Below are positions 1 to 11,600 of a stretch of DNA of 64,000 nt, in pieces. Position numbers and translations under genes: made by a program. Source of the stretch: Camelus ferus (taxonomy: Eukaryota); the NCBI RefSeq assembly GCF_009834535.1, contig NC_045697.1, positions 110,548,001 through 110,612,000 of the forward strand. The letters run 5' to 3'. The notes beneath the pieces are model-generated. The model was not told the DNA's origin. It saw only the letters and a program-made list of their open reading frames with translations, and did not search any database. The number at the start of each line of letters is the position of its first letter. The first letter of the stretch is position 1.

Positions 1-299
1 TAGGTGATTTTTAAGGTTTCTAATAAATTTGAAATAATTTTATTAGGGGTTTTCCAAAAAATTTTTGTTGATGATTTCTTTCCCTCTAAGTTTGTACAGT
101 GTTTTTTTAAGTCATACTGTAGTTTTTCAAAGAAGGCGTGAATAATTGATTAGTTCTTTTAACCTTTTTTAGAAAAAACTATTGTGAACAAAATCTGGAT
201 TTAGGTATTGGTGTTATAGTTTCTAAGTTATATCATCTAACGTAAATTATATCACTTTTTGGAGATTCAGATTATTAAATATCTAACATGAGGATAATG

Positions 300-520
300 T
301 AAAGTAGGGGTTTAGGAGTTCAATATTTAAGCATACAGGTCTCTAATTTGAATATCTATTCAACCAACTTACAAGCACTATAACTATCTCTCTTAGTCTC
401 AGTTTATTATTTTTAAATGGAAAAGAATACTTATCTGACAGGTAAGTACTAAATGAGATAATGTATATAAAGTGCCTGTCGTCATTCAGGGCATATAATG
501 TGCTAAATAAATGAATGCGG
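300..520 (+). mobile_element. MIR SINE fragment
   Basis: MIR core-like tctcagtttattatttttaaatgg ... aaatgagataatgtatataaagtgcctg. Confidence 0.6.
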
Positions 521-669
521 AAATAAACATAAAATGGAATTTCACTGATTAGGAAAGTAAAGGTGAGAGTGAAGTGACTTGTCAGAGGTCTCTTGACTGA
601 GAACTAGCACTCAGGTCTTCTCTCACCCAAGTCCATTATTTCGGTTAAATCATAATGTTCCTCCCTCCC

Positions 670-1135
670 TGTCTGATTCATTGCACATTAATCATATGTC
701 AGGGAGTGTAGAGATTTAGAAATGAAAGACTAGACCCTTGTTAATGTCTGTCAGGGGTTGGGGAGGAGGAGGCAGAGGGAGTGACAGCCCAGCACCCTGA
801 GGTGGGCTCTGTGATAGCTGTACAAACAAAGGAGTGCAGTACCTAGCTTAGCATCGAGAAGGGAGGCTCAGGGAGGGCTTGGGGGGGAAATAACAGGAGT
901 GGGACAGGCAAAGAATGTGAGGAAGGACTGTGGGAGCAGCCTGTGCAAAGGCTGGTATATGAGAACATGGCACATGTTTGAAATTGCAACTAGGTAAGTA
1001 CTGTTGTTGACATATAGTAAGAAATGAAGTTGGAGAGGTAGGCTGGGCCAGATTATGAAAGGACCTTTATACCTCCCCCCCCCAAGAGTTCAGGTTTTAT
1101 CTTTAAGGAATAGTGGGGAGTCCCTGAAAGAGCAT
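670..1135 (-). mobile_element. L2 LINE fragment
   Basis: attcattgc...; ggagaggtaggctgggccagattatgaaaggacc...ggggagtccctgaaagagcatttt, typical of antisense L2 3' region. Confidence 0.5.
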
Positions 1136-2099
1136 TTTGCTCTTAATACACGTAGCAGTAGCACATGCTCTCGATATTCACAGAAAAGTGACAAGTCAAG
1201 GTCCCTTGACTCTTTATTCCTACTTACCAATGGTAACTACTTAAAAAGTTCCTTGTACATTTTTCCAAAATTTTTGTATGCCTTCATTTTTGTATTCACA
1301 AGCATCTGTGAATGTATACATATATATCTTTAAACCAAACACACAATTGATAAATAGTAAATGTATTGTTCTCCAACTTACTGTCTGTCGTGATATTTCT
1401 TGAATATTTTTCCATATCTGCACAAACAAATCTGTGATGTTCCTTATAATATTACATTGTGTAGTTATACCATAATTTTTGAATCAGTCCTCTGTTGGCA
1501 GACTAGACATTTTCTAAATTTTTAATTTTGCGTATGATGTTGCAGTGAACATGCTTGTGCATTTATCTTTATATACTTGTGCAACTTTATCTGCAGGTTA
1601 GTTTCTTAGTAATTGAATTACTAAGGTTTGTACATTTTAGAATTTGATAAACGTTACCAAATTTTCTCAAAAAGTCATCCTGACTTAATGCACACCTGCT
1701 AAAAGTGCATGAAATCATGTTAAGGTTTTTTCTGAATTTTCTGTTAGATTCTTCATCCAACAAATATACTGAGTTCATGCTGTGCACCAAGCACTATGGT
1801 GGATAATAGGGAAAGTGTTCAAGGCAGGTGGCGTCTCTGCTCTTACGCAACCCAGAGTTTAAACCACAGAAAATCTGCAGGCATTTTGTTTGGTCTGTAT
1901 AGTTTTGGTTACTGTTTTTATAATTGAATTAATTTCCAGTTTTTAACCCTGCAGTATTCTGTTTTCAGGGAACCATGAACCTCACGTAGCAATAATGCTC
2001 TCTAAAATGCAGGCTTAAAACATAGAAGGCTCCTAACTTGGTGATGTTAACTCTTCCCTGGATTGTAAGTCCTTTCAAGGCAGGATCTATGCTTGAACT

Positions 2100-2345
2100 C
2101 TGTACTACATTTTGGAAGGGATGTTAAAAGCCACATGGTCCAGCAGTGCACCCTTTTCTTGAATCGCTACAGCATGTCCAACCTGTGTTTGAATACTTTG
2201 GTTTGGCGGGAAGCTACCTTCTGTTCAGCCCTTGCCAACTTTGTGCAGTTCCCTCTGCTTAGTAGAAAGTTACACTGAGGTGTACTCTGCCCCTGACACC
2301 CCCCACCCATGGTGGTAGTTCTACCCCTTAGGGTCATCAGCATGA
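2100..2345 (-). mobile_element. L3/CR1 fragment
   Basis: acctgtgtttgaatactt...gaagctacc...cacccatggtggtagttctaccctta resembles the antisense L3 3' end. Confidence 0.45.
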
Positions 2346-2489
2346 TTCAAAATCCAGTTAAGTGACTCGGACTTAAAAAACATTCACTGAATGTGTAGAG
2401 AACCAAACTAAATTGAGACTTTGACTCGCTAAGTTTTGGAATTGGGGTTTGGATGAAATATACCCTGGATTAAGTTTGAACATAATTTT

Positions 2490-2700
2490 CCACCAGGTTA
2501 CATTAGTCATGCCGTTTTTATGCCTGTGAGTACTTGCATGTGTAAATGGAAATAACATTTATGTAGCTTTGATATGTAAATATGGCTCCTTGACTCTCAA
2601 GTTTTAAAAATTGAGAGATTTCACATAAAAATCTGCAGACTTCTGGCTTCTCTTGAAAAATTGGAAAGTTTAGCATAACTGGGCAGACTGGGTTTCCTTA
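2490..2700. mobile_element. hAT-Charlie (MER102-like) fragment
   Basis: tttcacataaaaatctgcagacttctggcttctcttgaaaaattggaaag motif. Confidence 0.4.
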
Positions 2701-2839
2701 TGGTGACAGTGTGCTAGAACTGAGCCACCACTGCCCTTTTCCAATGGCTTTCTACGTACACACAGTGCATAGCACTTCTCAGAGTCTTGTACTGGACCTT
2801 TTCTTTTCACACACTTAACATTTCTTGCCATGACCTTGT

Positions 2840-3790
2840 AGGCATTTGAGTTGGTCATTTAGTGGATTTTCAAACTTAGCGCGTCCAAAATTGAACTCTG
2901 CTCTTAGCTCTAAAAAATCTGTCCTATCTCAGCCTTCCTCACCTCCCTGCTTCTCATTGCTCAGGGCAAAACTTTCGGGTTATCCTTGACTTCTCTGTTT
3001 ATATCCTATCCAATCTGTCAGAAAATTCTCTTGGGTATACCTTCAAAATATCCTCATTTCAGAGACTGCTGCTTTTCTGCTCCACCTCAGGCTTTCTGGT
3101 CCACGCCACCTTCATTTCTCACCTGAATTTTAGTCGTAATCTTCTAATTGGTCTCCCTGTCTCTGCCTTTGCTCTTCTACTGACATTGCAATACAGTAGC
3201 CAGATGATCCTTTTAAAATGAAAGATTGTATTACTCTTGTAGTCAAAATCTACAGCCTCATTTTACTCAGAATAAAAGTGTAAGCCCTTGGTCACCTAAC
3301 TTAGCAGGTCTGTGCAGAGTGGCAGCTTGTTACCTCGCTGACTTCATCTCCTGTCCTCCTCCCAGCTTCGCCGTACTGGTTCCCTTCTGTACCTTACCTG
3401 TGCCGTGCACCCTTCTGTCTTTGAGCCTCCATCCTCATCTTCCCATTCGTGTGCAGTGCTCTTCCCAGGTAACTGCGATGGCTAGGTCCCTTAGTTCTTT
3501 GCTCAAATGTTACCTTCTCAGTGAGGCCTATGCTGGTTATCTGTTTAAAATTGTACCCTGTTTTCTGCAAACCTCTTCCCCACCCATGTGCTCCATCTCG
3601 GCTCTTTTTCCTCCTACATCTTTTAACATATTATTTACGTATTACTTTTATTATCGTTTATTTCCTCCACTGGAGTAAGCTATGCAAGGGAGGAATTTTG
3701 ATCTTTTGCTTACTGATGTGTCTCAAACATAAGGAATAATGCCTGGCACACAGTTGGTGCTTATTAAACATTCATTGAATAAATGAATTT
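2840..3790 (+). mobile_element. L2 LINE 3' portion
   Basis: caaacttagcgcgtccaaaattgaactc ... ending in the L2 tail aatgcctggcacacagttggtgcttattaaacattcattgaataaatgaat. Confidence 0.8.
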
Positions 3791-3919
3791 GAGTTTGCAG
3801 TCCCTGGTCAACAGTTTGTCTTTCTTATTGTTCTATTAATCAATTGGTTATACAACAGTATTATTTTATTATAAGTTAATATTAATTATATATTTTTACT
3901 ATGTTAACTAGATAGTAAA

Positions 3920-4130
3920 TACATTTATAGTGCTTATATGAAAAATACTACTTTGAGCCTTTTATACTTAATCCTGATAATAACCCTGTGAGGTAGAAAC
4001 TGTACCCACTTTTTAGAGATAAACTGAGGCCAAACTTGCCCACAGTCCCAGCTAGTAAGGGGGAGGAACCAGGGTTCACATTTAAGCAGTTGTTTGGGTA
4101 CCTGAGTTCGCTCTTAATTATGACACCATG
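3920..4130 (-). mobile_element. MIR SINE
   Basis: aataaccctgtgaggtag...ttttagagataaactgaggcc...cagctagtaag. Confidence 0.7.
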
Positions 4131-4481
4131 CTGTTCTTTTTATTTTAAGGAAATTAGCCTTTTACTATGTGTGTTGCAGATCTATTTTCCTTGCTTATAA
4201 TTTTGTCTTAGTTTTGTGGTATTTTTTGCCTTCCAAAATAGCTAATTCATATATAGTAAAAATGAGTAATATTTTTCTTTGAGGCTTTAAAAAATTTTTT
4301 TAGAAGGGCCTTCTTGATTCTAAGATAAAAAAATAAATTTACTCACTTTTCCCATTAGTTTTTATTTGTAGGAGAAGCTTAATATAGTCAGATACATATT
4401 TTATATCCCCTTGACAATATTGTGGAGATTTTGTTTGACGGGCACAAGGCTAAAACCTGAACAGTGGTTAGGATCCTAGTA

Positions 4482-4808
4482 TAGTTGATCCTCTGATCCG
4501 CCATTCTGTATCTGCAGATTCAACCAATCTTGGATTGAAAACATTTCGGAAAAAAAATTTTCAGGAAGTTCCCAAAACTTGAATTTGCCACATGCTGGAA
4601 ACTATGTAGCATTTGCATTGTATTTACTGCTATTTACATAGCATTTACATTGTATTAGGTATTATATGTGATCTGCAGATGATTTAAAGTACATGGGGAG
4701 ATGTGCATAGGTTATATGCTAATACTGTGCTATTTTATATGAGACTTGCGCATGCACGGGAGTCCTGGGACCAGTCCCCTGTGGATGCTGAGTAATGAGG
4801 AGTGATTG
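4482..4808. mobile_element. TcMar-Tigger MITE (MER2/MER2B-like) nested in an antisense L2
   Basis: tctgcagattcaaccaa...acttgaatttgcc...tacattgtattaggtatta...gtcctgggaccagtcccctgtggat; TA flanks; similar copy at 53619-53945; L2-like sequence on both sides (about 4400-5130). Confidence 0.8.
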
Positions 4809-5833
4809 TACTAATTCAAGTAAGAAATAATTATCTGAGAACAGGCTGTGGGGATAGACAGGAAAAAATTGATTTCAAGAAATATTTAGAAGGGCAAATA
4901 AGCAGGTCTTTGTGACTGGTTAGCTGTGAGTCAAAGGAGGGACTCAGGGTTAAGTCCCAAGTTTCTGGATGTGACAGTTTGAAGGAGAGGGAGTATGTAT
5001 GCTGTGGTGCCATTTATTGATTGGATGAGCTAATGGAGATAAGATAAAACAGGAAGGAATGGATTTGAAAGATAAAATGACATTCGGTTTTGGATATGTT
5101 GAATTTGAGATGCCTATTGAAAATCTCATTCTCAGTGCTTGTTAGGCAAACTTAGTAGGCAGTTTGAGTGATGATTCAGCTTAATAAATGACTCATAGCT
5201 TATTAAAGAACACTGGACTGCTGAATTTAAGGAAATGAGGCAGATGGCAGGTGGAAACTCTATGGGGGCGTGAGCCACTTTCTCCTGCCTTGTTTTCTTC
5301 AGAATTACATCACTGGATGCAATAGGATAGCTTGGGAGGACCTTTAAGACTGTAAAAAGATGGTGCGGTGTGTATGCTACGGATGTGTTTGTAGCTGTAT
5401 TCATCGTCACTCAGAAAAGTTCAGGTATTTTAAAGCTAGGAGGGACTTTCAAGGTCACCTGACTTTGGCGATGGCAGTTTGTCGTTTCTGAACACTTCGT
5501 TACTCCTGCTCCTTGCTGTTTTTCTTCTCTCCCTTACACTAACTTCTGTTTTCCCACTTTTATTTTTATTGTTCCTTTTCCCTTTTCACTTTTGCCTCCC
5601 CCCCCCCATTCTTGTAGCTTAGGCCTTCTAAAGGTACTGCTTAATTCATCAGAGATATTAAAAGAGGTTTCCAGCTTCCACTGTAGAGAACTTTGGGGGC
5701 AGGGCTGCAGTGATCACCAAATGCCGCAGCCACAGCTATGCTTGGTTTTCTGCAACTCACAGAACTGCTTCATGGATTCTGGTGCTCCATGTCATGAACA
5801 CAGCTTTTAAACTTTGCTTTAGGAACTGCAACC

Positions 5834-5984
5834 ATGAATGAAGAAAACATAGATGGAACAAATGGATGCAGTAAAGTCCGAACTGGTACTCAGAATGAAG
5901 CGGCATTACTTGCTTTGATGGAAAAGACTGGTTACAACATGGTTCAAGAAAATGGGCAGAGGAAATTTGGTGGTCCTCCTCCAG
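5834..5984 (+). CDS. RBM46: RBM46 first coding exon (exon starts at 5823; codons 1-50 plus 1 nt)
   Basis: Acceptor ctttgctttag|GAACTGCAACCATG (A at -3) and donor CCAG|gtgtgg at 5984/5985. Translation [50 protein letters not shown] matches the RBM46 N-terminus; [10 protein letters not shown] is the hnRNP R/Q/A1CF/RBM47 family motif. Confidence 0.97.
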
Positions 5985-6339
5985 GTGTGGATTTGTTTAT
6001 GTTCAAAAAAATTGAATCTTTAATGTGGCCATTTACATTAGGTATATATATTTCCACAAGTATCCCCAAAAATAGCTCTTTCCTTGTAACCACTTTCAGA
6101 CCGTAGCAATCATTTTTACTGTTATGAGGGAAAGGAGGTATAGCCATGTCTTTCCTTTACATATTTCCAGCTCTGCTCTTAGTTTAAGAAGCAGTTGAGA
6201 AAGAAGTCAGGATGGGGCCAGTGGGGAAAGGGCACTCTGGCTATTAAAGGGGAGGTCATTTGGGGAAGAATTTGAAAGAGCAGTGAGTAGAGGAGTGGTG
6301 TTTTTACTAGATGCAAACCAGATGCAAACAGGTTATAAT

Positions 6340-6830
6340 GTTTTGCCTTTCTACCAAAAGCCAGTGCAATTTCTTCGCTCAAAATCTTCCAATTAACTTT
6401 CTATAAGACTTAACACACAGTCTTGACCTCTGGCTACATCCATGGCCACATTGCCTGTCATTTCACTCCTCCCTCAAGTGTGCATTTCCCGTAGACACCA
6501 ACATGTCTGTGTTGTTCTAATACACAAAACACTTGCTTTTTCTTTTTATTTCCAATATATTCTCAAGGCTCATTTCCCTTACTTCATTCAGGCTTCTGCT
6601 TAAACCTCACGTGCTTAGAGAAGATTTACCTGATTACCAAAAATATCAACCCTTCTGTGGCCTTATGTTTCTTCATAGTGCCCATTATTCATTGTCTCCT
6701 TTCTCTGTTGAAGATAAGCTTCATGAGGGAAAGGGATTCTATTTTGTTCACTGTTGTATCCTCAACACTTATAATATTGCGTGGCACATAGAAGGCTCAC
6801 ATTAAATTAGGGGAATGGATGATTGAATAG
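6340..6830 (+). mobile_element. L2 3' end in the intron after the first coding exon
   Basis: gataagcttcatgagggaaagggattctattttgttcactgttgtatcc...ggcacatagaaggctca...gaatggatgattgaat. Confidence 0.7.
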
Positions 6831-6875
6831 TGAACATAAATATCTTATTAGAATTGTATGTTTCTTTGTCTTCAG

Positions 6876-7343
6876 GTTGGGAAGGTCCGCCTCCACCTAG
6901 AGGCTGTGAAGTTTTTGTAGGAAAAATACCTCGTGATATGTATGAAGATGAGTTAGTTCCTGTATTTGAAAGAGCTGGGAAGATATATGAATTTCGACTT
7001 ATGATGGAATTTAGTGGTGAAAATCGAGGTTATGCTTTTGTGATGTATACTACGAAAGAAGAAGCCCAGTTAGCCATCAGAATTCTTAATAATTATGAGA
7101 TTCGACCAGGGAAGTTTATTGGTGTGTGTGTAAGCTTGGATAACTGCAGATTATTCATTGGAGCTATTCCAAAGGAAAAGAAGAAGGAAGAAATTTTGGA
7201 TGAAATGAAGAAAGTTACAGAAGGAGTTGTAGATGTCATCGTTTATCCAAGTGCAACTGATAAGACCAAAAATCGGGGTTTTGCATTTGTTGAATATGAA
7301 TCTCACAGAGCTGCTGCTATGGCTAGGAGAAAGCTAATTCCAG
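6876..7343 (+). CDS. RBM46: RBM46 coding exon with RRM1 and RRM2 (468 nt)
   Basis: Acceptor tttgtcttcag|GTTGGGAA and donor CCAG|gtaaac. RNP motifs [14 protein letters not shown] and [14 protein letters not shown]. Phase 1 at both ends. Confidence 0.98.
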
Positions 7344-7835
7344 GTAAACGTATCCTTTAAAGGTTATGTTTCCATGTTCACCTTACTATACATGTGGAAA
7401 AATGACAGTACCCAGTACCTCATAGATCAATATTATGAAAATATGTAGTACCCTTAAAGAGGAATAAAGATTAAGGAAGTAAAATAAATCAAATGATTCT
7501 AAAAGACATGAAGTAGTTTCTATAAAATGAGTCATTATTTATAATACTTTACTCGTTTACTTTACTGAATGTATACACTTTTACTGAGCTGTTAATTGTT
7601 GTTTGGTAACAGTCCAAAGGACAGTACCTGATTTTTCTAATAAAGGTCTTCCTCTTGACTCTTAAAATTCTGGCTGGGTTCACCTTAGTAAAAATTTTTG
7701 TGTAAGTAGGAGAGTGAATGCTTAACCACAAATATAGTTGATATGTATTTGAGCCTATGCCTTTTTGGAGAAACAGTTTTAGTTAATTTTGACTTTGTTT
7801 TAATTGTCTTCAGATTAATTTCTTCTTCTTTACAG

Positions 7836-8618
7836 GCACCTTCCAGCTCTGGGGCCATACTATTCAGGTGGACTGGGCTGACCCAGAGAAGGAGGTTGAT
7901 GAGGAAACCATGCAGAGAGTTAAGGTTCTCTATGTACGAAATTTAATGATCTCAACTACAGAGGAAACAATTAAAGCCGAATTCAATAAATTCAAACCTG
8001 GTGCAGTTGAACGAGTAAAGAAACTTAGAGATTATGCTTTTGTTCACTTTTTCAACCGAGATGATGCTGTGTCTGCTATGTCTGTTATGAATGGAAAATG
8101 CATTGATGGAGCAAGTATTGAGGTAACACTGGCAAAACCAGTAAATAAAGAAAACACTTGGAGACAGCATCTTAATGGTCAGATTAGCCCCAATTCTGAA
8201 AACCTGATTGTGTTTGCTAACAAAGAAGAGAGCTACCCAAAAACTCTAGGCAAGCCACTAACTCTTCCAGCTCGTCTCAATGGCCAGCATAGCCCAAGCC
8301 CCACTGAAATTGAAAGATGCGCTTACCCATTTTATCCTGGAACAAAGCTTACTCCAATTAGTATGTATTCTTTAAAATCTAATCATTTCAATTCTGCAGT
8401 AATGCATTTGGATTATTACTGCAACAAAAATAATTGGGCACCACCAGAATATTATTTATATTCAACAACAAGTCAAGATGGGAAAGTACTCTTGGTGTAT
8501 AAAATTGTCATTCCTGCTATTGCAAATGGATCCCAGAGCTACTTCATGCCAGACAAACTCTGCACTACGTTAGAAGATGCAAAGGAACTGGCGGCCCAGT
8601 TTACATTACTTCATTTGG
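7836..8618 (+). CDS. RBM46: RBM46 coding exon with RRM3, linker and dsRBD-like (DND1/A1CF-type) domain (783 nt)
   Basis: Acceptor ttcttctttacag|GCACCTTC and donor TTGG|gtaagt. RRM3 motifs VLYVRNL and DYAFVHF; segment [15 protein letters not shown]...[10 protein letters not shown] resembles the family dsRBD-like domain. Cumulative CDS is 1402 nt (467 codons + 1). Confidence 0.98.
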
Positions 8619-11600
8619 GTAAGTTTAAAAATACTTTAAATAATATTGTAGAATATGAAATTAGGAAATACTGTAGATTATTTATACATTTATTTCTTTT
8701 GAACTCAACATTAGTGGTGAGTATTTAACATGAATTTTACCTCAATTTTAGGAATTTGTGGAAAATTTTGTTGAGACTGTTCTGTGTAATCTTCCTGTAT
8801 CTACCTTTTTAAACATTATTTACTTGGTGTAGGGGGAAACATTTGGATTTGGTTGACTTTAGAATTCACAATCCTGTTTCATCAATTTATTGTTTTCATA
8901 ATGCCTGATCCTCATTTGCAATAATAATTTCTATATAAGTTACGGGATTTTTTTTTTCTTAAACCAGTTTATAAAGTGTTCCTGCATATTTGGTGAAGTC
9001 TACACAATAATATATTTTTGAAGGCAGGGATAGGGATTTGGTGAAATCAGAGGCATTTCAGATGGGTCATGTGTAGACATAGCCTTATGCTCACCAATCT
9101 GGAAATTTGTCATTACTGCTCATGAAAGACAAAAAGCATCATTAAGAGATGTTTATGAGCATTCTCGTTAATGTGATGCTTTAAAAAAGGTTTCTCTAAA
9201 GCATTTTGAGGGCTAATTAAGAAAGCTTTGGGCCACATGCTAACTAAGTATTTGGCATTGTGAAGGAAGAGAATGTCTCTTTGACATTTTCCTGCTGCCT
9301 ATTGTTTTACTGTTATGTTGGCCTCTCCCCTTACCCCTTCCCACTCCTGCCCCACACCAGTTTATCTCACTTTTTTAATGCAGCTGTAGATTTCAATTGG
9401 TTATTACTTTGTGCCCAAAATAATATTAGAAGAATAATGCCCTCTTGAAAATAACAATAGAAAGGAAAATTCTCCTAAGAAGGATTATAATTGTTTCCTG
9501 ATTATAATTGTCAAACTTGTAGCTTAAAATTGATTTGTTGTATAGTTTCAGGATCTTACTACTGACACTTATATCTACTTAAAATTGATATCCTCAGTTG
9601 TTAAGAAAAGGTAATCAAAAAGGAAAAACATTGCTAAAGGGAGAGTAGTTTTTATACATTGTATAGACTTCTTCCCCATCATGGCCACTCCCTTGGTATT
9701 ATCCATATCTTAAGGAGATTCTGATTTGGACCTGGCATCAGAATTTTAGGGCTGAAGGTAGGGCTTTCTGCAAGAAGCTTTTCAGCAGTGTCCTCAGTTA
9801 TTAGTTTGGAAATATTTGGGAATTTTACAATCATCTAAGTTAGTAAATTCTTAGGTATGATTTCCATTAATAAACAAAATAGAAGCCTTCCATTTTCTTT
9901 TAATAAAGGCAGTCTAAGTTAAAGATAAAATTAGGTGGATAGCAAATGATACACATTAGGGTTCTTAGAGAAGAAGGGATCAAATTACTCTTTTGGAGTA
10001 GAATATTATGTATTCAGTTGCTGAGCAAGATACTTGTGTGTGATCTAACTTGGTGATGCTGAAACATTTTATTTCTGTCTACTCATTCCCTTACAAATCT
10101 AACTTAAATTTTCAAGATTCTTAAAACAGTCTTTTTAGTTTATTTTATGTCACATTTTCTGTTTAGACATGGTTTACTCATCTACTTCTAATTCCATTAT
10201 TAAGATGTTTTTAGGACCATAGTTAACTCCTGCTCACCTATAGTTCTGAAAGAAAAGCCGTTTACAGTTCCTTTATTCCTAACTTCATTATATTCATTAG
10301 GGATACAGTTAGCTTCAATAAAGGAAATTCTAAGGGGGCACAGGCAGTTTGCTTTAGTCATCTATTTCAGATTTTATCAACATTACATCAGAACTGCTAA
10401 TAATAAAAAATTGAACAATTTGTGTTTTATATATTTTTTCAGTTTTAATTCACCATCAGAGACAAGAGCTAAGATCTAAATATAAGCCAAAAATTTCAAT
10501 GACTAGGGGTGGTAAACACAAGGCCTAAGACCTTGTCTGCAGACGGTAACACAAAAATCCTTATTGTGATTGACTAGAAATACGAGTGAAGTTTGAGTTA
10601 GGAGGCAACTGAGGAGGAAGAGAAAAAATTTAGGGCAGTGAGAAAATCAGAGATCAGGGGTCTGGGACTCTGTGATAAGAAAACAAAAATACAATGTTCA
10701 GAAATCATGAAAATAGGAGCAGGAACTGTAGACAGCCAGGAGGTTACATATTGCCACACGGCAGGTTAAGAGTAGACCAAAACCTGCGGCAGTGTTTTGG
10801 CTTACTTTCTCCTGTTAATTTTGGATCCTCTGGGCTTCAAAGAGCTGATGCCTTTTTAGGTACAGTTCCTTTTAGATAAAGGTTGCAGGGTTTCTTTGGG
10901 TGGCTCCGGGTTGAGATGAGTTGGTGGTAGTGGTGTGTTCTTAGAGGGGAAGAGGTGCTGTGTCATTGATATCCTGCATGTTTCAAGCATTGGATTTTTC
11001 TGAGATCTTGAGAGGTTGTTACTGGTTCCTTGAGGTCCTCATATGGTATTCATAAAGTATTAAATCGTCTTTTGGCTCTATTTTCTTGAAGAGTTTGCAT
11101 CTGGTTTTCTAGATAGTGAATTTAACTACTACTCTAAGATGTTTTCTTTGGGTATAGTGAGTTTTTTTTTTTTAAATTTGCTTTGACACTCTTCTGTTAC
11201 CCTCTCAGTTTTGATGCTATTTCGAGCATTACTATTAAGTCTTACCTTGATGATCTTTGACTATTACATGTAATAGAAATAGTCATTTACCTTTTTATTT
11301 CAGAGCTCTTTAAGAATGTGTCTTTACTATTCACATTGTTTTGGCATTACTATGCCCATTTTTCAAGTTTGAGGGAAAAAATTAGACTTTATTTAGTTAA
11401 ATGAGTATCATTGGTGTTGAGGAAAATAGAATTTTTTTCAAGGGCTAGCGGGCATCTATATTATATAAGTACTAAAAATCAGAGTACCTCTGGTCACCAT
11501 TTAGGGCTCTTACCAGAATCCTAAGTGTACTTGGTGTGTAGTAGTGTACAGCACCTTGAAATCAAATTTAAAATATTTAGGGTTTTTTTTTTTTGGTCCA

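Noticed and set aside
3226..3678. 150-aa ORF
   Set aside because: Lies wholly within an L2 remnant, starts at a non-ATG codon and has no domain signal.
1..5300. RBM46 promoter or first exon
   Set aside because: No CpG island or promoter-like segment; the region is mostly old repeats and the first coding exon begins with a splice acceptor, so exon 1 is probably upstream of the window.
6830..6875. N-terminal extension [15 protein letters not shown] in the ORF track
   Set aside because: This is intronic branch-point and polypyrimidine sequence before the acceptor at 6876, and the ORF begins at GTG.
8619..8728. Read-through of the RRM3 exon ORF into the intron (GKFKNTLNN...VVSI*)
   Set aside because: A consensus donor G|gtaagt sits at 8618/8619 and the extension is low-complexity AT-rich sequence with no independent support.
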